Source: Mayamaea pseudoterrestris (Eukaryota). Taken from it: 64,000 bases of DNA. Position numbers and translations under genes: made by a program. The stretch is from contig BROI01000016.1 of assembly GCA_027923505.1 (NCBI GenBank), forward strand, positions 1 through 64,000. The letters run 5' to 3'. How positions within the stretch are numbered: position 1 is the first letter of the stretch; the number at the start of each line of letters is the position of its first letter. The notes under the pieces are model-generated. The model saw only the letters and a list, made by a program, of their open reading frames with translations, ran no database searches and was not told where the DNA came from. Below are positions 1 to 9,335 of the stretch, one piece after another.

Positions 1-1962
1 TGATGTCAGCACAAAGAGTAACGTCTCGAAACGACTCATGATAGCCGAGAAGTTGCTCAACAATCGCAGGCTTCACCAGATGGACGCGCGACGCGTCGTC
101 TTTCCTTTTAACGAGCCAACATCTGGTCCAAAGATGTGCTCAGCAGCCAGGATGTCGGCCTTCGTCACAGGACAGTTCGGCAACTGATTGCTGTCGATGC
201 GCAGGTAATCCTTGAGGCTTGGCCGTTCAATTTTGATTTGCAGTTCCCAGCTCTAACAGCGCGTAAATAGTCATCATTGGTGTAGTTAGTACGGTTATCG
301 TCTACCGTAGTCAACATCGCCACTCCATCCTTGACATCGCCCTTGCCCTTTGAAAAGCTCTCGCAAACATACAGCCCAGAGTCCGTCTCGACAAACTCGC
401 TGCTTACCGTCCGCTTCTCACGACGGAACATTGGACGCTCCACGCCATGCATGAGATACTCCACGGTAAACTTCTTTCGGACTTGCGCCAAACTCAAATG
501 TTCGCCAGCCCCTGCGGATACCACCACACCGCACCATAGCCCTCCAGGTCGCCCATCATGTTCGTCCTTACTGTACCAGCGTTGCACTTGATCACCATCC
601 ACGTTGGCACCGGGCGAATGTTCGTCAGCATCTTGGCGTTACAGAACAGATCCACTGTCGACTGATTGTCCAAGAGCACAGCCTTCTTCGAGATGTTCAC
701 CTTGGCGGCTGCGCGAACATGTATCCGACCTCGTCGTCGTCGTCGCTATCTTCCTCGCTACCCAGCGTGAAGTGCTGCGCCCCACTAGCCTCTGCAGCCG
801 GGCGCATCTCCGTAGACTCCGCTCTCGTGGGACAGTCTCGCTGCACATGACCAACCTGTTGGCAGATCCAGCATCTGGGAGGGTCACGCGCTGTACCAGT
901 CGTGTGAAACGCCCGCCCTCGTTCGTTGGCAACGTGGCTTCTCCATCCGCATGCTCACGACGCTGCATGATGTTGTATGCATCGTGGATCGTCAACGGGA
1001 AGTTGTCGTGCCCGTCGAGGTAGTAGTTGCGCAAGTGCTTGCAATACCCAGCGTATTCTGCCGTTGCGCCGCGCACGAAAAGCATCGCAAGCTCGAGCTC
1101 TTCGGCGGGCTTGATATGCTCCTTGTTCGCCTTGTTAGGATTGTCATCCTTGGCAATGTTCAGCGCCACAATCTCGTTGTGCATCGTGACGCCAACCGCC
1201 TCGCCACGTCTGCCAGCGTGACCATGCTTTCGTAATATTTCTGCAGGCTTTCGCGCGCTCCTTGAGTACGTCGAACAACTCAGCTTGAATGTCCACGACT
1301 CTGATCCACAAGTTTGCAGCGCCCGCCGTCGTGTGCGAGATCTCCTTGATAATCGCCAGCAACTTAATTCCGTCCGTGTCCTCCTCGGCGTCTCGGAACT
1401 TGGCGTGCGACTTGACACGATCCTTCATACGCTCCGTGCATTGCCCATACAACACGGCGTAGAGACCAGCGAGGAAGTCGGAGTATACACGCACGCGCTC
1501 GACATGCTCTTTCTTGTCGGCCTTGTATTCCTCGAGCATTATGGACCAGTCCGAGTCCGTCGTGTCGGCATCCTTCGTTGGACGCGCAGGCTCGTCAGGA
1601 ATCTCCAGTTCCACGTTGCGCATGCCCTTGAGCAGCTCCTTGGTATATTTCTTGTAGGAGCGCCCGACGAAAGTGATGATCTCGTTCGTCGTACGGATGA
1701 ATCCATCGGGATCGCGCGAACCGTTGTAGTCGTAGATGAAGCCAGCGAGCGTCGGCTCGCTTCCTTGGAAATTTCCACTCGGCGCACGACTCGGTCCGTT
1801 GAGTCTGTTACCATTGCCTTGGTTCCCGGAACGATTCCCAGCACGATTCCCACGACGATAATGACGGTTACGTCGGTTTCCTTCGCTTGCTGGCGGAGCG
1901 GGAGGTGCACCTCCACCGCTCGACGCCGTTCCTGTCGTCGGAGTATTGCTCGTCGAAGACAT
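1..1962 (-). pseudogene. gag-pol polyprotein, broken by several frameshifts in this sequence
   Basis: Coding signal jumps between ORFs 1144-1962, 639-1418, 494-700 and 165-602. This is either real decay or unpolished assembly indels. Confidence 0.75.
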
Positions 1963-1989
1963 GTCTTTTCACTCCCTTCTTGGAGAAAA

Positions 1990-2200
1990 TGTTGGATCTA
2001 GAATATATCTTGCGCGCCCTTGAAGCGACACTAATGATTAAGCAGAACAGAGTCAATAAAACCACTTTACTTATTTTCTCCAAGAAGTGATCGTCCTCGA
2101 TCCACTCCTTCGGTTGCCGCTTACCGCGCTTACTTAAACGTGACCGTCTTCGTGACGTCACCGCTGTCTCTTCGGTTTGGGTTCTCATCCATGCTCAACA
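1990..2200 (-). repeat. 5' LTR, 211 bp
   Basis: Minus strand starts TGTTGAGC (2200) and ends ATCCAACA (1990), giving TGTTG...CAACA inverted termini. It contains a TGACGTCA box (2153-2160) and an Inr-like TCACTTC (2090-2084). The partner LTR is outside the window. Confidence 0.8.
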
Positions 2201-2422
2201 CGTGGCTCCAATGCATCGAACACTGCCGATTCCTGTTTCGTACAAGCTGCTGGCTCGCTGCAGAAATCCAAACATTATTGCGCCCATGTATCCGCCACTG
2301 CCCAGCACGGCGATCCGTTTCTTTGATAGTGGAGTTGCTGCTGATCCCTTTGGTGCGTAATTTGGTAATGTCATTGACAGCGTATTGACGGAATGGACGG
2401 AGAAGAGAAGAAGGAGGAGCAT
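2201..2422 (-). pseudogene. 5' fragment of a host gene (signal peptide + Rossmann NAD(P)-binding start) interrupted by the LTR
   Basis: MLLLLLFSVHSVNTLS...KKRIAVLGSGGYMG (GxxGxxG). The reading frame ends within 2 codons of entering the LTR at 2200. Confidence 0.7.
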
Positions 2423-2761
2423 CCAGCTTGAACGGTCCATAGCTCCTGTAAACATTAGAATATCCTTTTTTTAATACTTATTTCTTTTAAGCAATCGTCT
2501 TCCAATAAAGCTTGGCAAATTGCTTGTATATCCGCTTAAATGGAGAAGGCCAAGCTGGTGAACGTCATGGCCGATATCGACGTCTTTGAGTGTCGCAGCG
2601 AAACCCAGGTCCAAGCATTTTTGGCAAGAAAGCCGCACACAAGTAAGATAGGGCTTGGCGATTTACTACCTATATGGTCAAACTTATTCAGACAGCGTCT
2701 AAAGCACTACCGAGCAAGTTAGTAGCTGTCATTTGTATTTCGGTCTAGCAAGGCGTGCATC

Positions 2762-3967
2762 TTACTCGTCAGGACGAAACGAGGCGAGTTGGCGCGTTGC
2801 TTGACGCGCAATATCTTCCAAAATGTCGCTGTATCGGTAGGTTTCTGCGTCGTCTTTTACTTTCCGAATCTTTCGCGGTAAAGGGCGTGGTTTTGAGCCG
2901 TCATTTACTTTGAGAATCTTTCGTGGTGAAGAGCTGGACCGAGTAGCGGATAAAAGTTTCCCAAACTTCTGTTCGATTCGCGCTGCAGCCGCGTTTCGAA
3001 CGTCGGAGGATCTACCATGAGTCGCAAGCTTCACTTCGGCAAGGTATTCTACGGTACTGTCAAGAACCTTGGTTCGAATCTCTTCCTCCGATAAATGACT
3101 GCCTTGAAGCTTGGCCTCTATTTGAGCTGCAATTTTGTTGAAATGTGCCTGCTGTTGATGCGATGCATCCGCCACAACCGCTTTGACATATGTCTCTTGG
3201 CCTTGCATCAATTGTGGCTTGATGTCTTGCAGATTGCTCAGAAACTTACCGCGTTCGCGACGGGCCACTAAAAGATCCGCGTCAACCTTCCAAATGAATC
3301 CAGCGTCAATCAAAAGTTGCTTCCGGTCCTGACGAATATCGTTCCGATTATTCAAGTATCTCTGTCGAATCATCCACTTGCAAAACGTTGTATCATTGTT
3401 ATAGAAACGAGGAATGTCGCAATGTCCGTAGGTATCACGAAACTCGAGCAGCTTGAGGTACTGTATGTTCCACTTGCAGTCAATCTTGGGTGTGTTTAAA
3501 TGCTGATGCGATCTAAAGCTATTATTCCACCATTGAAAGTTAATTTCGTCAAGCATGGCGATGCGATCCGCTCGCAAATGACCCTTGGAATGCGTGAGGC
3601 GCTGGGTGTTTACCCAATTCACCAATTTCAAATCATGATAATGTTTTGGTGGATTTGTGCTGTTGTATCGCTTTTTGTATGCAATTAGTTTGTTATACAT
3701 GTCTAGCCATATCTCGTCGTATGCAGGCATGATACGTGGCAATGATGAAGTCGCAGAAACAGCAACAGGCTTCCTCTGGACCGGCTTCTTCGTTTCACTC
3801 TTATATGCAGTCATGATGTGCGTACGTGAAGGTGCTGCAGCATTAGCACCAGCCATAGGACTTCGTACGACCATCTTCTTCATTTCAGTCTTTGATGCAG
3901 GCATGTTATTGCCGTAACAAAGGATTGGTAGTGGCTTGCTTAATAGCGGACGCTCCTTCCCTTTCAT
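2762..3967 (-). CDS. Helicase-associated (HA) domain protein, two HA repeats
   Basis: WLDMYNKLIAYKKRY...LVNWVNTQR...RIAMLDEINFQW and WNIQYLKLLEFRDTYGHCDIP...KWMIRQR...LLIDAGFIW. Start codon uncertain. Confidence 0.85.
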   Translation of the reverse strand: MKGKERPLLSKPLPILCYGNNMPASKTEMKKMVVRSPMAGANAAAPSRTHIMTAYKSETKKPVQRKPVAVSATSSLPRIMPAYDEIWLDMYNKLIAYKKRYNSTNPPKHYHDLKLVNWVNTQRLTHSKGHLRADRIAMLDEINFQWWNNSFRSHQHLNTPKIDCKWNIQYLKLLEFRDTYGHCDIPRFYNNDTTFCKWMIRQRYLNNRNDIRQDRKQLLIDAGFIWKVDADLLVARRERGKFLSNLQDIKPQLMQGQETYVKAVVADASHQQQAHFNKIAAQIEAKLQGSHLSEEEIRTKVLDSTVEYLAEVKLATHGRSSDVRNAAAARIEQKFGKLLSATRSSSSPRKILKVNDGSKPRPLPRKIRKVKDDAETYRYSDILEDIARQATRQLASFRPDE

Positions 3968-4195
3968 TCCAAAGAAGAACGAGAACGAAGGGAGGTCGAG
4001 TCATGGTGAAGTCACGTCACTCCCAAGATCCGAATGCACGTCGCAGCGTTACATGACGAGAAACGTGTTGCCTTTCCCGGTACGACTTACACGGAAACCC
4101 GCGCCGTCGCGCCTTCGCCCACCATGAACGCACATTCCTTGATCCACAATCTTACCATCTTCATCAATAGGGCGTCTGATCATAGTTATCAAGCC

Positions 4196-6059
4196 ATGGA
4201 TGAACCATCCCGGAAACGCGCTCGGAATGATTCAACTGCTGCTGAGCGAGAAATTAATGAGGACAATGACGGCCACGATGACGACACGCAGGAGCAGCAA
4301 TTGCTAGCCATGATGGATGGAGACGACTTTGTCACGCAAGCGCAAAAGGAAGAAATGGAAGCAAAGCGAAAGCGAGAGTTGAGGAAACAACGTTTAGTAT
4401 TACTGCAGCAGCAGGAGCAGCCAGAGGAGATGCAAGCGGAGCCTCCGGAAGCATCGAATGAAAACTCTCAACAACCGCATGCTGCTGCTGCTGCTGACTC
4501 TGCTACAAGAGATGAGATAACGAATGAGCCTGACGCTCACGGCTCCGATTTTTTGCGAAAGCAAGATATTAACAATGATTATAATGACGACGACAATGGA
4601 GACGAAGATAGCTTTGACATGTTTTCCAGCTCCGTTTCGCCATTCGCTGAGCGATTGACAAAGCGATCGTCGGACGACGAACATGTGAATAATAGTCATG
4701 TAACGAAACATCACCGACAGAACAACCATCACCACGAGCAGGCAGACTGGGACGACGCGGAAGGCTACTACAAGGCTGTCATTGGTGAATCCATATCCAT
4801 GGAGCTTTCGTCGACGACGACTGGAAGCGCAACGTCTTTGCAGTTTCGCGTGGCAGGGTAAGTGCGAGCAAGAATATGGCTTCAGTTTGAGCGAGCGTCA
4901 AACCTTGTGTTCTGCTGTACACGATTCCTTATATTCGTTGCTCTTCTTAATTTTCTGTTCAAGTGTCATTGGCAAGGGTGTCTTTTCCACCGTCCTCAAA
5001 TGCTCCACCGTCAGCAACGCATCTAGCATTGAAATTCCTCCCATTGTTGCACTCAAGTGCATTCGCCACAACGAAAGCATGGCCAAAGCCGCTCTCAAGG
5101 AGCTAGCCATGTTGCTCAAGCTAAAGGGCGCTCCTGGCATTGTACCGCTATTGCTACCTACCACGACGGCACCGATTGAGCATCGTGGGCATGTGCTACT
5201 TGCCTTTTCATTCATGGAATACAACTTGCGCGACGTGTTGATTAAGTTTGGTAAGGGTGTTGGACTGAGTCTGCAAGCTGTCCGCTCGTATACAGGTCAA
5301 TTGCTGGCGGCGCTCACGCAACTAAAGAAGCATGGCATTATACATTGCGACCTCAAGCCGGATAACATTTTGGTGAGCAGTGACTTTGGGCACTGCCAAA
5401 TTGCTGATTTCGGGTCGGCCGTTGAAGCTAACAATTCAGCCGACAATATTGCCACGCCGTACCTTGTATCGCGCTTTTACAGAGCACCCGAAGTAATTTT
5501 GGGCTTGCAGCCAACCTACATGGTTGATCTCTGGAGCATTGCCGTGACTGTTGTGGAATTATTCTTGGGAGATGTGTTGTTTCGTGGTCAAACCAATAAC
5601 GACATGCTTTTCACCATGATGCAACACTTGGGCCCAATGTCGAACCGACATATTCGCCAACACTTGGTGCAAACGCAACGCATTCCAAACGTTGTCAAGC
5701 AGTTTCAGCAGGAAGGTCCAAACTACAAGTTTGTGCAGCAAACAATGGATCCAGTCACGCAGTCTAGTGTCGTGAAACTACGGCCACTGACAAGTACGAA
5801 CACTGGCAACTCTGCCAGCAGCGCCGACAAGTTCCCCAGCGCCACGCCGCTGGCTACAAAGATAGTAAAGGCCCGCTCCTCCAATGACCGCAAGAGTTTG
5901 GTGCAGCAATTCTCCGACTTGATGCTCAAGTGCTTGGCGCTGGATCCGACCCGGCGCATGGAGCTTCGCGATGCCTTGCGGCACGAGTTCTTTGCGAGTA
6001 GCGCAGCCGCAAACATTCCTTCCTCCGTCACGACGAGTTCTAATGGTAACGGCATCTAA
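4196..6059 (+). CDS. PRPF4B: Pre-mRNA splicing kinase PRP4 (CMGC family); intron 4858-4963
   Basis: WDDAEGYYK, GKGVFSTV, HCDLKPDNIL, DFGSA, TPYLVSRFYRAPE. The GTAAGT...AAG intron joins the two ORFs in frame. Confidence 0.93.
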
Positions 6060-6179
6060 TGATTACTTTGCTATTTCAAGTGCTCAATGTACTATATTCT
6101 TTAGTCACAATTTTCACTACCGGTACTTTAGTATCACCTTTTAACGGAGCTCTTCCACCTTCCACGCCCCAAAGCAATG

Positions 6180-6695
6180 TCAATGACCATGACTACTATT
6201 CTTCTTCTTTTGCGTAAATCTCAAGGCGCAATACTTGCACGGCTCGACCGCTCCTGGAACCTTGAGCGAAATGTATTCCACCGGATGCCCCATGGCCCCG
6301 CCACCTCCGTCGCAAATGGCCATTTCTCCGTCCACCTCCACGGGCGGAACGCGCTGCACCAGTTCCAACGCGTTGGACCGGTGCTTGCCGAGTTTGTACT
6401 GATGAAGAGATATAGTTGTTAGAAAGTGATTTAAAAAGTGAGTAAAGCAAATAATGACGCCTTCAACAACATGCGTTACTCGATATTTCATTCTTACCAT
6501 ACTCTCCTCTCCCGTCCGATTCATTTTACGTAAATCCTCCGGCTGAAACACCACATCCGCCGGATTCGTCACGGGAGGACCTCGACCGGGCGTGGAGATT
6601 GGTTGCACGGCAAAGGAGCGAGTCAGAACGAAGGCTGGGCCTCGACGCGACAGGAGTTTGGATGCAGCGGCACTAGCAGCAGAGAGCGTAGTCAT
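6180..6695 (-). CDS. NDUFS6: Mitochondrial complex I zinc-finger subunit (13 kDa); in-frame intron 6399-6497
   Basis: CDGGGGAMGHPVEYISL...PCKYCALRF (zf-CHCC) and an Arg/Ser/Ala-rich presequence. Confidence 0.9.
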   Translation of the reverse strand: MTTLSAASAAASKLLSRRGPAFVLTRSFAVQPISTPGRGPPVTNPADVVFQPEDLRKMNRTGEESMVRMKYRVTHVVEGVIICFTHFLNHFLTTISLHQYKLGKHRSNALELVQRVPPVEVDGEMAICDGGGGAMGHPVEYISLKVPGAVEPCKYCALRFTQKKKNSSHGH

Positions 6696-6966
6696 TATCA
6701 GTAAAATCTTTTATATTTTAAATGAAGAAAGAGTATTGCCACTTGCAATGGAGCAGCTTGATCGCACACAAAGGCGGCTTCAAAAGGTGCCTTTTCGTCA
6801 TGGTGAAGCAGCGGCTGACGTTCGAAGATTGAGTCCCGATGAGATTCCAGTAATGGTGCGACACTATGATTCGTTTCAACGCTTGGCGCGCTGCGCCTCG
6901 AATCAGCATGGGATTTGTTCCGCCGCGCGCTACCGGTATCTTTTTACTTGCTGCCAAATGTAAAGC

Positions 6967-9159
6967 ATGACTACAACTGACAAAGCTGATGCAATAACAA
7001 CTCTAGAAAATGGTGAAGTCAAGGAAAGCAAATTGATTAACGGTGTTGGCAGTAGCGTCAACAAGGACCATACATCCGCCAACAGTAATTTCTCCTCCAA
7101 GATTCTCTGCCGCACCATTCAGGAGCTCACGACGCGCCACGAGATTGAAACATGTTTAGCAAACATGACGGCCGACTTGGAGCTCTCCACCAGGCTCCAC
7201 GACGAACTGGTGCACGAGTCGCTCGTCAATGACTTGCTTAGCAAGCTGGCGCAGGCGCAAGCAGCACTGGATGAAGTGGAAGCGGTTCGCAGGCAACAAC
7301 GCGACCGTGACGTCAAAATGGCCGATTCGCTCCTGCAGGAAATGCTCGCGTGGAGCCAGGAGCATGGGCTACTCAAGCGAGTGGAGCAAGACTACAAGAA
7401 TTTGCTGCAGCAACATGATGAAGTAGTGGCAAGGTTACTGCAAAAGGAAATGGAACTGGAGGATTTCTCCAAGCGAGTCAAGCAGAATCGCAATGCGAGT
7501 AGCGCGAATGCTACTGAGAATGACAAGCAAGAAGCAGAAGCGTGCGAAACTGCGCAAAATATTGTTGGTGACGATTTACTGCAACAGCAAGAAACTGTCG
7601 CTCTCGCCATTTCCGACTCGCTGAACGACACCTTGCTGCAATCCACCAATCCTCCAGCGCCGCTGCAAATGCCATTGTTGGAATCTACCAAAACTGATGG
7701 CAGTGATTTAAAAGACGAAATGATACTGGAACCAAAGTTGAAGGATTTTGTTCCGTCGCCGCCGCAGTCGCCTTCGCGTTTGGTGCAAGCGACGGAACCG
7801 ACTGTTTCATTGATTGCGGAGAATGCTGAGAGTGACACGTTACAGCAGCAAGAACAACAGCAACAAGATCAGGGCAACGTGAGTCTCGATGAGCTCGACA
7901 ACAAGTACTTAATGCTCATTTGCTCCTACTTGGACGCCCTTGATATATTGAATTTGGCGCAAACCAACATTGGCATGTACTCGAGGATTGATACCATGTT
8001 TGGCATGGGCGGGGATGACAATGACTCGACCATTGCCAGTGATGAGCAGCAGATGCAATATAGCAACATGAATACAAGTGCAGAAGCGAGTAGTGACAAT
8101 ATTGGTGATAGGACTGGAGCAACAACAGAGTCGGTGGCGAATAGCACCAATGCAAGTACAGCCTTGGCCACATTGCAGGAGCCACCTGCTGCCGCGCCGC
8201 AGCAACCACAAGCAACGATTGTAAACATTCCTCCTGCACCCGCCACTGCGTCGATACCAGTTTCGACGCCGACGCGCGCCACAACAAAGTCGGATCCAAA
8301 CGGCAGCAGCAGCAAGATGAACGTTTACTCGACACCGACTCGGGAACGCTCCAATAGCTCGGCGGCAGCGACGACGCCAGCGCCGATTCAAACGGCTGGA
8401 TCCTTTGACGGCCCACGCAACATTTTTGCCAGCCTCTTGCAGCCGCGTAAGAGTCCCATTGCTAGCAGTAGTCAAAGCAACAACAACAATAGCAACAAGT
8501 CTTCCATTATGAGTGCCGCCATGGCCAACTCCATGGGCGCCAAGCTATCCGACGCTGAATTAAATGCCATTATCACAATGACAAAGCGACTCAAGGAGAA
8601 GGAGAGTTTGGTAGAAAGTCTGCAGCAGCACGTGTCGGAAACAACGGCCAAACTGGAAGGAAGTGAGGCGGTCAAGCAGTTTTTGGTGCAAAAATGTCGA
8701 GAGATGGAAGATTCCTTGGCGGCACTGCAAGACCATGATTCCAAGGTTGCCTTGCAGATTGCGACCGACCAGGATGTCATTGCCTATTTGGATGGCCGCG
8801 TGCAGGAGCTTGAGGGAAAGATGGAGGAGCTGCAGGCGCAATTGGATCAGTCGGTCGCCACGGTTCAACGTGTTCAGGAACAAGCGGAGCAAAAGAGCAT
8901 TGTCATGGGTGACATGCTGCAGTATGAGCGCGAAAAGCTTCAGGAGAGCGAGCGTGAGTGGAAGGCCACTAAGAAGCTATTGATCAAGGAAGTCAAGCAT
9001 TGTCGCGCGCAAATGGTTTCGCTGCAGGCGGAACGAGATGGTTATCGCGAGCAAAATGACAAGTTAAAGAGTGCCGTCTTGTCATCCTCGTCTGTTTCCT
9101 CTCCATCGTCTGCGGTGCAAAGGAATTATTCACAGTCTCTGTCATCGAGTGGTTATTGA
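6967..9159 (+). CDS. Large coiled-coil protein with central F-box-like motif
   Basis: 730-aa ORF with N- and C-terminal heptad regions. LDELDNKYLMLICSYLDALDILNLAQTN at ~7885-7970 resembles an F-box. Confidence 0.75.
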   Translation: MTTTDKADAITTLENGEVKESKLINGVGSSVNKDHTSANSNFSSKILCRTIQELTTRHEIETCLANMTADLELSTRLHDELVHESLVNDLLSKLAQAQAALDEVEAVRRQQRDRDVKMADSLLQEMLAWSQEHGLLKRVEQDYKNLLQQHDEVVARLLQKEMELEDFSKRVKQNRNASSANATENDKQEAEACETAQNIVGDDLLQQQETVALAISDSLNDTLLQSTNPPAPLQMPLLESTKTDGSDLKDEMILEPKLKDFVPSPPQSPSRLVQATEPTVSLIAENAESDTLQQQEQQQQDQGNVSLDELDNKYLMLICSYLDALDILNLAQTNIGMYSRIDTMFGMGGDDNDSTIASDEQQMQYSNMNTSAEASSDNIGDRTGATTESVANSTNASTALATLQEPPAAAPQQPQATIVNIPPAPATASIPVSTPTRATTKSDPNGSSSKMNVYSTPTRERSNSSAAATTPAPIQTAGSFDGPRNIFASLLQPRKSPIASSSQSNNNNSNKSSIMSAAMANSMGAKLSDAELNAIITMTKRLKEKESLVESLQQHVSETTAKLEGSEAVKQFLVQKCREMEDSLAALQDHDSKVALQIATDQDVIAYLDGRVQELEGKMEELQAQLDQSVATVQRVQEQAEQKSIVMGDMLQYEREKLQESEREWKATKKLLIKEVKHCRAQMVSLQAERDGYREQNDKLKSAVLSSSSVSSPSSAVQRNYSQSLSSSGY

Positions 9160-9335
9160 CTGGGCAGCTTTAAATATATTGGAGGCTGCTAATAAGAATT
9201 AAGCATCTTATTGATAAGATTTAGATAAAGCTTAAATTCTTTTTAGAAGCTTTATCTATATTTAAGTTGTGAGTGGGGCATCTTAATGACATGGAGAAAC
9301 AGCGTCGATGGACGCGGGTGGAGGTCTCTATAAGA

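Larger units (their letters stand above)
1..2200 (-). mobile_element. Ty1/Copia LTR retrotransposon (diatom CoDi-like), 5' part; runs off the left window edge
   Basis: LTR at 1990-2200, then gag (ATG 1962), aspartic protease motif LLDNQSTVDLFCN (~670-640) and pre-integrase-like sequence (CPVTKADILAAEHIFGPDVGSLKGKT, ~180-100). Protease followed directly by the integrase region is the Copia order. Confidence 0.88.

Noticed and set aside
1285..2001. 238-aa plus-strand ORF in the retrotransposon
   Set aside because: It is the antisense shadow of gag, with no independent coding evidence.
6592..6963. ORF as a possible upstream exon of the 6967 gene
   Set aside because: No plausible-length intron joins it in frame, and it overlaps the NDUFS6 start and shared promoter.
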